Counted from the stretch's first letter, positions 48,016 to 57,854 are shown. The stretch is 64,000 nt of DNA from an uncultured Gammaproteobacteria bacterium (GCA_965652415.1 CBFGVH010000001.1:33041-97040); one strand, 5' to 3'. Notes: a model not told the origin generated them from the letters alone. Numbers and translations are program-made.

Positions 48016-48801
48016 TCAGCCCTCGAGGGCGATGTCGCGAAAAGCCGCCGAGCGGGTGTCGGGAATGGGCTCGTTGTCGCGGGCACGGTAAGTGAATACC
48101 AGCGACTTCTTCACCGCCTCGGTCGTATTGCGGCCGGCGGCATGATACGTCCGGCAGTGAAACAGCAGCAGGTCGCCCTCCTCGAGCAACGCCGGGACGG
48201 CGGAGTCGATGAGCCTTCGGTTCTCCGCGAGATCGGTGCGAAGAAACAGTGCCGCATCCAGCCTGCCCCGCCCGAGGTCGAAATGGTGCGAACCGGGAAT
48301 CAGCGACAGGCCGCCGTTGTCGGGATGCTCCTGACCCAGCGCAAGCCAGGCGCTCACCAGTTCCGGCCGGTCGAAGCGCCAGTAACGGATATCCTGGTGC
48401 CAGTTTGTCTGGCTGCTGAAGCCGGGGAACTTGGTCATCACGCAGTTGTGATGATTCTGCGACAGGCATACGGCGGGTGTGCCGATCAGCGTCCGCATCA
48501 TCGACGCCAGCCGCGAGTCCGTCGCGAAGCGGCGGAACGCCTCGTCGCGGCTGAATGCCGCGAGCAGGCGACGCGGCGTGTAGCCGCCGTGCGCCGACTT
48601 CCCTGCCGGCGCGCCGGGATAGTTCACGTCGGCTTCGTATTCGACCGGGGCGAGCGGCGGGTGGAGTGCCGAATCGACCACGGCATCAAACTCTGCACAG
48701 CGCTCCACATCGACAAACGCGCGAACGACGAGGTAGCCGTCGCGGGCGAAGGCCTCGATATCGGCCGGCCCGAGATCGGTCCCGCTTCTCGAAACATTCA
48801 T
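48016..48801 (-). CDS. phytanoyl-CoA dioxygenase (PhyH) family Fe(II)/2-oxoglutarate oxygenase
   Basis: PhyH-like sequence (..FARDGYLVVRAF.., ..WHQDIRYW.., ..GSHH..). ATG 48801 is preferred over TTG 48816. Confidence 0.75.
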   Translation of the reverse strand: MNVSRSGTDLGPADIEAFARDGYLVVRAFVDVERCAEFDAVVDSALHPPLAPVEYEADVNYPGAPAGKSAHGGYTPRRLLAAFSRDEAFRRFATDSRLASMMRTLIGTPAVCLSQNHHNCVMTKFPGFSSQTNWHQDIRYWRFDRPELVSAWLALGQEHPDNGGLSLIPGSHHFDLGRGRLDAALFLRTDLAENRRLIDSAVPALLEEGDLLLFHCRTYHAAGRNTTEAVKKSLVFTYRARDNEPIPDTRSAAFRDIALEG

Positions 48802-48812
48802 AAGATTATCGT

Positions 48813-48828
48813 TCAATCAATTGATTGA
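48813..48828. promoter_or_regulatory. perfect 16-bp palindrome just upstream of the PhyH-family gene
   Basis: TCAATCAATTGATTGA is its own reverse complement; it lies 12-27 nt upstream of ATG 48801. Confidence 0.5.
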
Positions 48829-49007
48829 TATGCGTAATCCATCCAGGAAGCTGCTGAATCGGGACAACCGGATGACCGCAGACCGCCACCAATGATACTG
48901 TACGAGGCGACAGTTCCGGCACGCTGCGCGCCCGGCGCGCGGGCGGCCTGCGTACCGGCCCCGCCGTCGGCCAACGGAGTCCTGGCGGCAATGCCTGGAG
49001 GTGACTC

Positions 49008-49559
49008 TTGAGTACGTTCCTGGTTCGAGCGCTCCTGGTGATCGGCTTCGTTGCGGGCCCGGCGCACGCCGACCAGAACGATCCGGCCCTGGAAGCGCTT
49101 TTCGATCGCCTCGCCGCGACCAGCGACCGCGAGCAGGGACGACGGATCACCGGCGAGATCTGGTCGCTTTGGAACGATGTCGACGATTCCGGGGCGGGCA
49201 CCCTGCTCAGAAACGGAGTGATCCTCATGCACGCCGGCCACCTGCCCGGGGCCCTGGCGCTGTTCGACCGGCTCGTCGCGCGCGCGCCTGGTTTCGCCGA
49301 GGGCTGGAACAAGCGCGCCACCGTCCTGTACCTGCTCGACAGGAACGCGGAATCCATGGAGGCGATCCGCCGCACCCTGGAGCTCGAACCGCGGCACTTC
49401 GGCGCCCTGTCGGGGCTCGGCCTCATCTATCTCGAGCAGGGCCAATACGAGGCGGCCCTTGTCGCATTCGAGAAGACCCGCGAGATCAATCCCTTCATGC
49501 CCGGCGTCGAGGAGAACATCGAACACGCCAGGGCCCTCGCCGAGGGCAGCCGCATCTGA
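49008..49559 (+). CDS. secreted tetratricopeptide-repeat protein
   Basis: Signal peptide (ALLVIGFVAGPAHA) followed by TPR-like repeats (..GHLPGALALFDRLVARAPGFAEGWNKRA..). Confidence 0.7.
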   Translation: MSTFLVRALLVIGFVAGPAHADQNDPALEALFDRLAATSDREQGRRITGEIWSLWNDVDDSGAGTLLRNGVILMHAGHLPGALALFDRLVARAPGFAEGWNKRATVLYLLDRNAESMEAIRRTLELEPRHFGALSGLGLIYLEQGQYEAALVAFEKTREINPFMPGVEENIEHARALAEGSRI

Positions 49560-49579
49560 AGCGGCCCGTGCTCCGGCGG

Positions 49580-50398
49580 TTATCGGTGCTGACCGGCCTT
49601 CACCAGCTGCCTGAGTTCCTCGAGCCTGGCGTCGATGTCGGCCAGCGTCGGCTCCCCCCGCTCTTCGTCGTCCTTGCGCCTCACCCGCGCGTGCTCCTGT
49701 TCCATGACGTTGACCACGATGCCGATGACCATGTTGAGAAAGGCGAAGGCGGTCAGGAAGATGAACGTCACGTAGTAGATCCAGCTCAGAGGGTGGATGG
49801 CCATGGTCTCGTACATGACGTCGGTCCAGTCCTCGAACGTCATCACCCGGAAAAGCGTCAGCATGGCGATGGAGACATCCCCCCAAAGGTCCGGGTTGAT
49901 GGCCTCGAACAGGGTGCTGCCAATGGCCGCGTAGATGTAGAAGATGATGAACATCAGCAGCATCACGTAGCCGAGCTGCGGCAGGGCCTTGACCAGAGAC
50001 GTCAACAGTATCCGCAGCTCCGGGATGAACGAAACCATCCTGAGCACGCGGAACACGCGCACCAGGCGCGCCACCAGCGCCATGTCCGTTTCGGAGACCG
50101 GGATCAGGCTGACCGCCACGATCAACGTGTCGAAACTGTTCCAGAAGTCGTGAAAGAACCGGCGCCGGTTGTCGCTGGCGGCGAAGCGAATGGCGATCTC
50201 GGCGACGAAGAAGACCGTCACGAACAGGTCCATCCACAGGGTCATCGACCTCACCCGCGGCGAGACGTCGTAGGTCTTGACGCCGACCAGGAGCGCCGAC
50301 GTCAGGATGACCGTGATCACGAAAAGCTCGAACAGCTTGTTGGTGCGGACCGCGACGACGGCGGCCTGGAGATCGCGTGCATTCATCTGTGCTGCCAC
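49580..50398 (-). CDS. voltage-gated ion channel, BacNav (NaChBac) family, 6-TM single-domain subunit
   Basis: S4 with Arg every third residue (ARLVRVFRVLRMV). Pore LTLFRVMTFEDWTDVMY aligns with NaChBac LTLFQVVTLESWAS. C-terminal coiled-coil-like tail. Confidence 0.85.
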   Translation of the reverse strand: MAAQMNARDLQAAVVAVRTNKLFELFVITVILTSALLVGVKTYDVSPRVRSMTLWMDLFVTVFFVAEIAIRFAASDNRRRFFHDFWNSFDTLIVAVSLIPVSETDMALVARLVRVFRVLRMVSFIPELRILLTSLVKALPQLGYVMLLMFIIFYIYAAIGSTLFEAINPDLWGDVSIAMLTLFRVMTFEDWTDVMYETMAIHPLSWIYYVTFIFLTAFAFLNMVIGIVVNVMEQEHARVRRKDDEERGEPTLADIDARLEELRQLVKAGQHR

Positions 50399-50411
50399 AT
50401 TCGCCGGATCG

Positions 50412-51017
50412 TCAGTCCCAACGCCAGTGGGGATAGCCCTTGCCCGGCTCCCACAGGATCTCGCGCTCTCCCAGGGTGGCGCTGCTCCAGCGGCCGAACA
50501 CGAACAGGGCGTCCGACAAGCGGTTCAGGTAGGCGATGACGTGAGGACTCACGGCCTCCGTCTGCGCGAGCCGCAGCACTTCGCGCTCGGCGCGCCGGCA
50601 GACCGTGCGCGCGTGGTGCAGCGCGGCGTTCATCGCGCTGCCGCCCGGGAGGATGAAACTGCGGAGTGTGGACAGTTCCTCGTTCATGGCGTCGATGACC
50701 TGCTCGAGCCACTCGGCATCGCGCGCCTCCACGAGCACCTGCCCCTCGTATTCGTCGCCCGGTGCGGTCGCGAGTTCGGCGCCGAGATCGAACAACTTGT
50801 GCGAAACGGCCTCGAGAATCGCTTCCAGGCTGTCGCGTCGGGGGGAAGGCTCCTTCGACTCGTTGAGACTGCGCACGATCCCGATCAGGCTGTTCAACTC
50901 GTCGACGGTGCCGTACGCCTCGATCCTCTGGTGGACCTTGGGCAGCCGGCGACCGCCGACCAGGCCGGTCTCGCCACCGTCTCCGGTGCGGGTGTAAACC
51001 TTGGTAATCTTGACCAT
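50412..51017 (-). CDS. ATP:cob(I)alamin adenosyltransferase, PduO type
   Basis: MVKITKVYTRTGDGGETGL.. N-terminus, characteristic of the PduO/MMAB family; 201 aa. Confidence 0.88.
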   Translation of the reverse strand: MVKITKVYTRTGDGGETGLVGGRRLPKVHQRIEAYGTVDELNSLIGIVRSLNESKEPSPRRDSLEAILEAVSHKLFDLGAELATAPGDEYEGQVLVEARDAEWLEQVIDAMNEELSTLRSFILPGGSAMNAALHHARTVCRRAEREVLRLAQTEAVSPHVIAYLNRLSDALFVFGRWSSATLGEREILWEPGKGYPHWRWD

Positions 51018-51165
51018 CGTCGTGTCCGGGAAGTATGAATGGACGGCGCGTGCCGGCGGCCGATTATATCGGCAAGCCCGGTGCGCCGGCGTAGCCCGCG
51101 GCCGCGGAGGCGTTACGTTTTCGTAGGCGCCGCGTTTGTTTCCACCTCACAGGATACTGAAAACG

Positions 51166-52530
51166 ATGCCAAGCGGCCCTGATCCCACTGCTGCGCACGC
51201 CAGCGAAGGCGACGTGAACACCTCCTCGAGGCGCGCCGAATGGGTCGAGCGAAACGTCGGGGAGCGAACGCGAGAACTGCTGGCGCGCGACGAACGGGTG
51301 TTCATCCACCAGTCGCTGTCGACACCGTGTCTCAACGCCCTCGAAGGGGCCGGGGGCATCGAACTCGTCGATCTCGACGGGCGCAGAATCATGGATTTTC
51401 ACGGCAACAGCGTGCACCAGGTCGGCTACGGCCATCCGCGAGTGATCGAGGCGGTGAAGCGCCAGCTCGACGAGCTGCCTTTCTGTCCACGCCGCTACAC
51501 CAACGAGACCGCCGTTCGCCTCGCGGAGAAGCTCTGCGCGCTCGCCCCCCCGGGCCTGGACAAGTGCCTGCTGGCCCCGGGCGGCACATCTGCGATCGGC
51601 ATGGCGATCAAGCTGGTGCGCTACGCCACCGGCCGGCACAAGACCCTGTCGATGTGGGACGCCTTCCACGGCGCCTCCCTCGACGCCATCTCGATCGGCG
51701 GCGAGGCCCTGTTCCGGCGCGGCGTCGGCCCGCTGCTGCCCGGCACCGAGCACCTGCCGCCGCCGACGTGGGGCCACCGGCATTTCGGCTCCGTGGAGAA
51801 GGCCGAGGCGTTCTGGGCCGAGTACGTCGAGTTCGTGCTCGCCACCGAGGGCGACGTCGCCGCGGTGATCGCCGAACCAATGCGCTGGACCACCGTGGAG
51901 CCGCCATCGAGGACTTTCTGGGAAAAGGTACGCGCCTCCTGCGATCGTCACGGCGCCCTGCTGGTGTTCGACGAGATCCCGTCCGCGCTCGGCCGCAGCG
52001 GCCGCATGTTCGTCTGCGAGACGATCGGCGTCACTCCCGACATCCTGGTCATCGGCAAGGGTCTCGGCGGTGCGGTGTTCCCGATGGCGGCCCTGGTCGC
52101 CCGGGGCGATCTCGATTGCGTCGCCGACGTCGCCCTGGGGCACTACACCCACGAGAAAAGCCCGGTGGGTTGCGCCGCCGCGCTCGCCACGCTCGAGGTC
52201 ATCGAGGAAGAGCGGCTCGCGGAACGCGCCGCGAAGCTTGGCGCGCTCGCACTTGAGCGCATGCATGCCATGAAGGCCAGGCACGCGATTATCCGCGACG
52301 TGAGGGGCCTGGGGCTGCACCTCGGCATCGAGCTCGGCACCGGCGACGGCCCGGCCGTCGACGCCGCCGACGAGGTGCTGTACCGATGCCTCGCCCGAGG
52401 GCTGAGCTTCAAGCTCGGCGCCGGGTGCGTGATCACCCTGTGCCCTCCCCTGACCATCGACGAGGAGGAACTGATGCGCGCCTTCGATATCGTCGAAGAG
52501 GCAGTTGCCGCGGCCGGGTCCGATCAGTAG
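51166..52530 (+). CDS. class-III (omega) aminotransferase
   Basis: Fold-type I AT-III motifs (..VFDEIPSALGRSGRMF.., PLP-Lys region LVIGKGLGG). ATG 51166 with an AGGA SD is preferred over TTG 51136. Confidence 0.85.
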   Translation: MPSGPDPTAAHASEGDVNTSSRRAEWVERNVGERTRELLARDERVFIHQSLSTPCLNALEGAGGIELVDLDGRRIMDFHGNSVHQVGYGHPRVIEAVKRQLDELPFCPRRYTNETAVRLAEKLCALAPPGLDKCLLAPGGTSAIGMAIKLVRYATGRHKTLSMWDAFHGASLDAISIGGEALFRRGVGPLLPGTEHLPPPTWGHRHFGSVEKAEAFWAEYVEFVLATEGDVAAVIAEPMRWTTVEPPSRTFWEKVRASCDRHGALLVFDEIPSALGRSGRMFVCETIGVTPDILVIGKGLGGAVFPMAALVARGDLDCVADVALGHYTHEKSPVGCAAALATLEVIEEERLAERAAKLGALALERMHAMKARHAIIRDVRGLGLHLGIELGTGDGPAVDAADEVLYRCLARGLSFKLGAGCVITLCPPLTIDEEELMRAFDIVEEAVAAAGSDQ

Positions 52531-53312
52531 GAAGCGTCGAGTCGCCCGGCGCGGGAGAACAGGCGGAAGAAGTTCTCCGTGGTGGTCCCGGCCACGGACT
52601 CCAGGGTCTCGCCGCGAAGTTGCGCGACGAACTCGGCCGTGTGGCGCACGAAGGCCGGCTGGTTGGTCTTGCCGCGATGCGGCACCGGGGCCAGGTACGG
52701 GGCGTCCGTCTCCACCAGCATGCGGTCGGCGGGCACCTTGCGCGCGACTTCCTGCAGGTCGGTCGCGCTCTTGAAAGTGACGATGCCGGAAAACGAGATG
52801 TAGAAGCCGAGGTCGAGCGCCTTGCGGGCCACGACCCAGTCCTCGGCGAAGCAATGCATCACGCCGCCGGCCTCCTCTGCGCCTTCCCCGCGCATCATCG
52901 CCAGGGTATCGGTGGCCGCCGCCCGGGTATGGATGACCAGGGGCAGGTTCGCCTCGCGCGCCGACGCGATGTGCCTGGCGAATCGCTCGCGCTGCCAGTC
53001 GAGATCGCCCGTGGAACGGAAATAGTCGAGCCCGGTCTCCCCTATCGCCACAACGCGCGGATCTCTCGCCTCGGCGACGAGCCGCGCGGTTGCCGTTTCC
53101 TCCTCGTCGCGCTCGTTGGGGTGAACGCCCACGGAGCAGAACACGTCGGCGTTGGCCTCGGCGATCGCGCGCACGCGGGGAAAGTCCCGCATGTTGACGC
53201 TGATGCAAAGAAAATATCGCACACCCTCGCGGCGGGCGGCGTCGAGCACGGCGTCGACGTCGTCACCGAGGGGGGCGAAATCGACGTGGCAATGGGAATC
53301 CACAAGCTCCAT
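52524..53312 (-). CDS. TatD-family metal-dependent hydrolase (YcfH-like)
   Basis: MELVDSHCHVDF.. and ..HCF..ETDAPYL motifs; holB-pilZ-tatD synteny. Confidence 0.88.
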   Translation of the reverse strand: MELVDSHCHVDFAPLGDDVDAVLDAARREGVRYFLCISVNMRDFPRVRAIAEANADVFCSVGVHPNERDEEETATARLVAEARDPRVVAIGETGLDYFRSTGDLDWQRERFARHIASAREANLPLVIHTRAAATDTLAMMRGEGAEEAGGVMHCFAEDWVVARKALDLGFYISFSGIVTFKSATDLQEVARKVPADRMLVETDAPYLAPVPHRGKTNQPAFVRHTAEFVAQLRGETLESVAGTTTENFFRLFSRAGRLDASY

Positions 53313-53346
53313 GGCGGGGCTCCGTTCGCTCGGGCGGGAAAGTAGC

Positions 53347-53667
53347 CTACATCGTGTGGGTCATGCGCCGCGATTTCAACGCGCCGCCCAGGATTCCCTC
53401 GATCCGGGTCCGGACCTTGGCTGCATCCGGCCCGGTGAACTGGATGCCGATGCCCGCCACGCGGTGACTCATGGCCCCCTCCGGCGTGATCCACACGACC
53501 TTGCCGGGTATGGACACGTTTTCCGGGGATTCCACCAGCTTCAGAAGCAGGAAGATCTCGTCGCCCATCTTGTACTTGCCGGTGGTCGGCACGAAGATGC
53601 CGCCTGATTGCAGGAACGGCATGTAGGCGGCATGCAGCGTCTTGCGGTCCTTGATGGTGACCGACAT
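53347..53667 (-). CDS. pilZ: type IV pilus assembly PilZ-domain protein
   Basis: ..IKDRKTLHAAYMPFLQSGGIFVPT..GDEIFLLL..GKVVWITP..AGIGIQF parallels P. aeruginosa PilZ. The start is uncertain: ATG 53667, or TTG 53754 giving 135 aa. Confidence 0.8.
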   Translation of the reverse strand: MSVTIKDRKTLHAAYMPFLQSGGIFVPTTGKYKMGDEIFLLLKLVESPENVSIPGKVVWITPEGAMSHRVAGIGIQFTGPDAAKVRTRIEGILGGALKSRRMTHTM

Positions 53668-53839
53668 GACCTTGGGACGCCCGGAGACGGGCGTGTCGAC
53701 CGTGACATCGTCGAGGCTTTCGTCGAAATCGACGACATCGGCCTCGAGCGACAATTTCTCGTTCGAGGGATCCGCCGAGTCGGTCGAGTCCTCGTCGAGC
53801 AGACTCTTCTGCTGCGACGACCCGACACCCTTGTATCGC

Positions 53840-54868
53840 TCAGTTTTTTTGCCAAAGAGCAAGGAGTATGTCCTCCAGGAAAAGCTGCTCGTCGACGACC
53901 CGCTGCTGGCCGCGGCGGAAGTACTGAATCTTTTCAATAATATCCCAAACCGGGACCGATTGCAGCCGCGAGAGGAGTTCGGCATTGCCCGCCGCGAGGC
54001 TCGCGCGATCCGCGAGTTCGGCCCTTGCCAGCAGGGCGTCGCCGAGCAGCGTCTCCAGGAAGAGCAGGAAGCGTCCGGCATCGGCGCCGATGCCGGCGGC
54101 GGCGGCCACCGGGAGCAACTCTCCCGACAGGAGCCGCGCGAGCCGCGAGCGCCATTCGGGCAGGCGCTCGCCGACGCCTTCGGCGAGCAGCCGGCGCGCG
54201 GCCAGCGGCGCGCCCGCGGCAAGACCCAACAGGTCGCCGGCCTGCCCCGCATCTGCGCCGGCCCCGACAAGCCATTCGAGCGCCTTCCTGCGATCCGGCA
54301 CGCGACACTCGACAACAGCCACGCGGCTGAGGATGGTCGCCGGCACCGCATCCCGGCCGCTGCCGACGAGCAGGAAACGGGCATCGCCCGGCGGCTCCTC
54401 GAGAATCTTGAGCAGGGCGTTGGCGGCGTTGACGTTGAGCGCCGCCGCCGGGACGATGACGGCGATCCGCGGCCCGCGGCCGGCGCCGTGCGTGGACAAC
54501 CGCTCGATGAGCAGGCGAACCTGGTCGACCGCGATCACCTCGCGGGGCTTGCGGCCCTTCTTCCCGCCCTCGGCGAGATCCAGGTACCGGCTCGCGAAGC
54601 GCTGGGGCGCCTCGTCGAGATCGAGCGCGAACCGCTCGGTCGTCACGAGGTGCAGGTCGGGATCGTTGCCGCCGGTCATGGCGGCGCACGTCGCGCAGGC
54701 AAGGCAGCCGGCCCCGTCCACCGGCGAGGGGCAGCGCAGTGCACGGGCCGTGGCCAGCGCCAACTCGAGCTTGCCGAGTCCCGCAGGCCCGACGAACATC
54801 AGTGCCGGCGGCAGCCGATCGATGCCGAGCCGGATCTGCCGCCAGTTCTCCTCGAGCCACGGATACAT
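53840..54868 (-). CDS. holB: DNA polymerase III subunit delta'
   Basis: MYPWLEENW.., Walker-like GPAGLGK, Zn-module-like cysteines (C..C..CAAM); tmk-holB synteny. Confidence 0.88.
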   Translation of the reverse strand: MYPWLEENWRQIRLGIDRLPPALMFVGPAGLGKLELALATARALRCPSPVDGAGCLACATCAAMTGGNDPDLHLVTTERFALDLDEAPQRFASRYLDLAEGGKKGRKPREVIAVDQVRLLIERLSTHGAGRGPRIAVIVPAAALNVNAANALLKILEEPPGDARFLLVGSGRDAVPATILSRVAVVECRVPDRRKALEWLVGAGADAGQAGDLLGLAAGAPLAARRLLAEGVGERLPEWRSRLARLLSGELLPVAAAAGIGADAGRFLLFLETLLGDALLARAELADRASLAAGNAELLSRLQSVPVWDIIEKIQYFRRGQQRVVDEQLFLEDILLALWQKN

Positions 54869-55519
54869 TCAGTGTCCTGTATCGATCCAGCGATCAATCA
54901 CGGCAACGACTTCGTCGCGCACCGTCTCAACGTCCGCCGATCCGTCGACGATCCGGATCCTGTCCGGATACGTCCGGGCAAGCTCCAGGTAGGCGCGGCG
55001 GATCCGTTCCTTGCTGTCGAGGTCGAGCCGCTCGAACCGGTCCCCGTCCGCGCCGCGGTGACGGCTTCTGGCCGCGCCCACCGCCACGGGAACGTCGACC
55101 AGCAGCGTCAGATCAGGCCTGAGAGGTCCCTGCACCCACTGCTCGATTGTCGCCACCGCTTCGAATCCGAGGCCGCCCCCTGCACCCTGGTAGGCATAGG
55201 TCGCGTCGGTGAATCGATCGCACACCACCCAGTCGCCCCGCGCCAGCGCCGGCTCGATGACCTCGGCAAGGTGCTGGGCCCGGGCGGCGAAGACCAGCAG
55301 CAACTGCGCGGCCGGCGTGATGTCCAGGTCGCCCCGGTCCAGCAGCAGGTTGCGAATCGCCTCGCCGAGGGCGGTGCCGCCGGGCTCGCGCGTGGCGATG
55401 CAGTCGATACCACGCGAAGAAAGGTGGTCGACGATGATCGAGCGCTGGGTGCTCTTGCCCGCGCCGTCGGTGCCCTCGATGGTGATGAACTTGCCGCGCT
55501 CGCCCGATGCCATCGACAT
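54869..55519 (-). CDS. tmk: dTMP (thymidylate) kinase
   Basis: P-loop FITIEGTDGAGKST and the DRF/LID region; 216 aa. Confidence 0.92.
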   Translation of the reverse strand: MSMASGERGKFITIEGTDGAGKSTQRSIIVDHLSSRGIDCIATREPGGTALGEAIRNLLLDRGDLDITPAAQLLLVFAARAQHLAEVIEPALARGDWVVCDRFTDATYAYQGAGGGLGFEAVATIEQWVQGPLRPDLTLLVDVPVAVGAARSRHRGADGDRFERLDLDSKERIRRAYLELARTYPDRIRIVDGSADVETVRDEVVAVIDRWIDTGH

Positions 55520-56593
55520 TCAGCCCCCGGAACGCCGGCCGAGCTGGTACTTTCGAACGGCCCTGTTGTGCTCTTCGAGAGTCGCGGAGAAATGATGCGA
55601 TCCGTCGCCGCGCGAAACGAAATACAGGTACGGCGTCTCCTCGGGTCGGACCGCCGCCAGGATCGACGCGCGCCCGGGCATGGCGATCGGCGTAGGCGGC
55701 AGACCGCTGCGGGTGTAGGTGTTGTACGGCGTGTCCGCGGTGAGATCGCGTCTGCGAATATTGCCGTCGAAGGACTCGCCGATGCCGTAGATGACGGTCG
55801 GGTCGGTCTGCAGGCGCATGCCGCGGCGCAGGCGATTGACGAACACGCCGGCGATCGTCTCGCGTTCCTCGCCCAGCCCCGTTTCCTTCTCGATGATGGA
55901 GGCGAGGATCAGCGCCTCGTAGGAACCGGACAATGGCAGTCCCTCGGCACGGTTGCGCCATGCCTCGTCGAGCACCTGTTCCATGGCCCGGTGAGCACGG
56001 GTCAAAACGTCGATGTCCGAATCGCCCGCGGTGAAAACGTAGGTGTCCGGAAAGAACCTGCCCTCGGGGTGCTCGCCCGGCAGACCCAGCGCATTCATGA
56101 CCTCCCCATCGCCGAGATCGAGCGTGCGATGCTCGAGCTCCGGATGAGCATACAACGCCTCGCGCATCTCGCGGAACGTCCACCCCTCGATGAACTGGAC
56201 CTGGTAACGAACGACGTCGCCGGCGACGAGCTTGTCGAGTATGCCGTACTGGGTGATGCCGTCCTCGAATCGATACTGGCCGGCCTTGATGCGCGAGGAG
56301 ATGCCCGCCAGGCGCGCGTAGATCCGCATGCTGTACGGCTCGTCGATGATCCCCCTGCGCTTCAGCATGCGGGCGACGCCCTGCAGAGACTGGCCGCGCT
56401 CGATGGTGACGAGGTCGGTTCCCGGTGCGAGCGGTGCGGACAATTCCTGCCGCACGTAGACGGCCAGCACCACGGCTGCGAGAACCCCTGCAACCAGCGG
56501 TGCCAGCAACAACAGGACAAGCAGGCGCCGACGGCGACCGGTACTGCGGAAGGACGCCTCCCCGCCCGGATCGCGCCTGTCAGGCTCGGTCAT
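55520..56593 (-). CDS. mltG: endolytic murein transglycosylase MltG (YceG-like)
   Basis: N-terminal TM anchor followed by a YceG domain (..ASIIEKETG..VFVNRLRRGMRLQTDPTVIYG..YNTY..GLPP.PI). Start is at ATG 56593, overlapping the fabF stop as ATGA. Confidence 0.88.
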   Translation of the reverse strand: MTEPDRRDPGGEASFRSTGRRRRLLVLLLLAPLVAGVLAAVVLAVYVRQELSAPLAPGTDLVTIERGQSLQGVARMLKRRGIIDEPYSMRIYARLAGISSRIKAGQYRFEDGITQYGILDKLVAGDVVRYQVQFIEGWTFREMREALYAHPELEHRTLDLGDGEVMNALGLPGEHPEGRFFPDTYVFTAGDSDIDVLTRAHRAMEQVLDEAWRNRAEGLPLSGSYEALILASIIEKETGLGEERETIAGVFVNRLRRGMRLQTDPTVIYGIGESFDGNIRRRDLTADTPYNTYTRSGLPPTPIAMPGRASILAAVRPEETPYLYFVSRGDGSHHFSATLEEHNRAVRKYQLGRRSGG

Positions 56594-57831
56594 CCGACCC
56601 TTGTGAAGACCAGTGTTCCGTTGGTGCCGCCGAAGCCGAAGGAGTTCGACAGCGCGGCAGCCACGACCTGCTCCCTGGCGCTGCCGGGAACGTAATCCAG
56701 GTCGCACTCGGGATCCTGGTCCACCAGGTTGATGGTCGGCGGAATGGCGCCGTGAAACACCGTCAGCGCCGTTGCGACAGCCTCGACGCCGCCGGCGGCG
56801 CCGAGCAGGTGGCCGATCATCGACTTGATGGAACTCACCGCCAACGAGTCGGCATGACCGCCGAAGGAGCGCCGGATGGCCAGGGTCTCGGCGACGTCGC
56901 CGAGCGGTGTCGAAGTGCCGTGCGCGTTGATGTAGTCGACGGCATCGGGTGCGATGCCGGCGTTGCGCAACGCGTTGTCCATGCATCGCGATGCGCCTTC
57001 ACCGCCCGGTGCCGGCTGGGTCATGTGATAGGCGTCGCCGCTGACGCCGAACCCCGCCAGCTCGGCATAGATCCGAGCGCCGCGGCGCCTGGCGTGTTCC
57101 ATCTCCTCGAGCACCATGACGCCGGCGCCCTCACCGAGCACGAAGCCGTCGCGCCCGGTATCCCACGGCCGACTGGCGCCGGCGGGATCGTCGTTACGGC
57201 GTGACAGGGCGCGGGCGACGCCGAACCCGGCCATCGCCGTCGGTGTCACGGACGCCTCGGTGCCGCCGGCGACCATGACGTCGGCGTCGCCGTACTCGAT
57301 CATTCGCGCCGCCTCGCCGATGGCGTGCGTCCCCGTGGAGCAGGCGGTGACCACCGCGAGATTCGGCCCCTTGAGATTGAACATGATCGACAGGTTGCCG
57401 GAGACCATGTTGATGATGCTCATCGGAATGTAGAACGGCGACACCCGCTTGAACCCGCGCTCGTTGAACAGCTGCGTGGTCTTCTCGATGGTACCGACGC
57501 CGCCGATGCCGGCGCCGATGTAGACGCCGCTCCTCAGCGAAAGCTCTTCATCGAACTCGAGCCCGGAGTCGTGAACAGCCTCGATGCCGGCGACCATGCC
57601 CACCTGGATGAAGCGATCCATCTTCTTCAGTTCCTTGGCCGGCAGCACCGACTCCGGACTGAAATCCTTGATCTCTCCGGCGATGGTCGACGGCAGGCCG
57701 TCAGCATCGAATTGCGTGACGGGACCGATTCCGCTCACGCCGTTCAGCAGGTTGTTCCACGCCGTCGGGCAGTCGTTGCCGACGGGGGTGACCATGCCGA
57801 GTCCGGTGATCGCGACGCGCCGTTTGCTCAT
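56590..57831 (-). CDS. fabF: 3-oxoacyl-ACP synthase II
   Basis: Active-site ACSTG, HGTSTPLGD and GHLLGAAG motifs; 413 aa. Confidence 0.95.
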   Translation of the reverse strand: MSKRRVAITGLGMVTPVGNDCPTAWNNLLNGVSGIGPVTQFDADGLPSTIAGEIKDFSPESVLPAKELKKMDRFIQVGMVAGIEAVHDSGLEFDEELSLRSGVYIGAGIGGVGTIEKTTQLFNERGFKRVSPFYIPMSIINMVSGNLSIMFNLKGPNLAVVTACSTGTHAIGEAARMIEYGDADVMVAGGTEASVTPTAMAGFGVARALSRRNDDPAGASRPWDTGRDGFVLGEGAGVMVLEEMEHARRRGARIYAELAGFGVSGDAYHMTQPAPGGEGASRCMDNALRNAGIAPDAVDYINAHGTSTPLGDVAETLAIRRSFGGHADSLAVSSIKSMIGHLLGAAGGVEAVATALTVFHGAIPPTINLVDQDPECDLDYVPGSAREQVVAAALSNSFGFGGTNGTLVFTRVG

Positions 57832-57854
57832 GATTCAAACCTGGATCAGACGTG

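Noticed and set aside
48805-48835. Possible Fur or Zur box at the PhyH-family gene start.
   Set aside because: The palindrome TCAATCAATTGATTGA is AT-rich, but it does not match the Fur 7-1-7 (TGATAAT-n-ATTATCA) or Zur consensus well enough to call. I report it only as an unassigned operator candidate.
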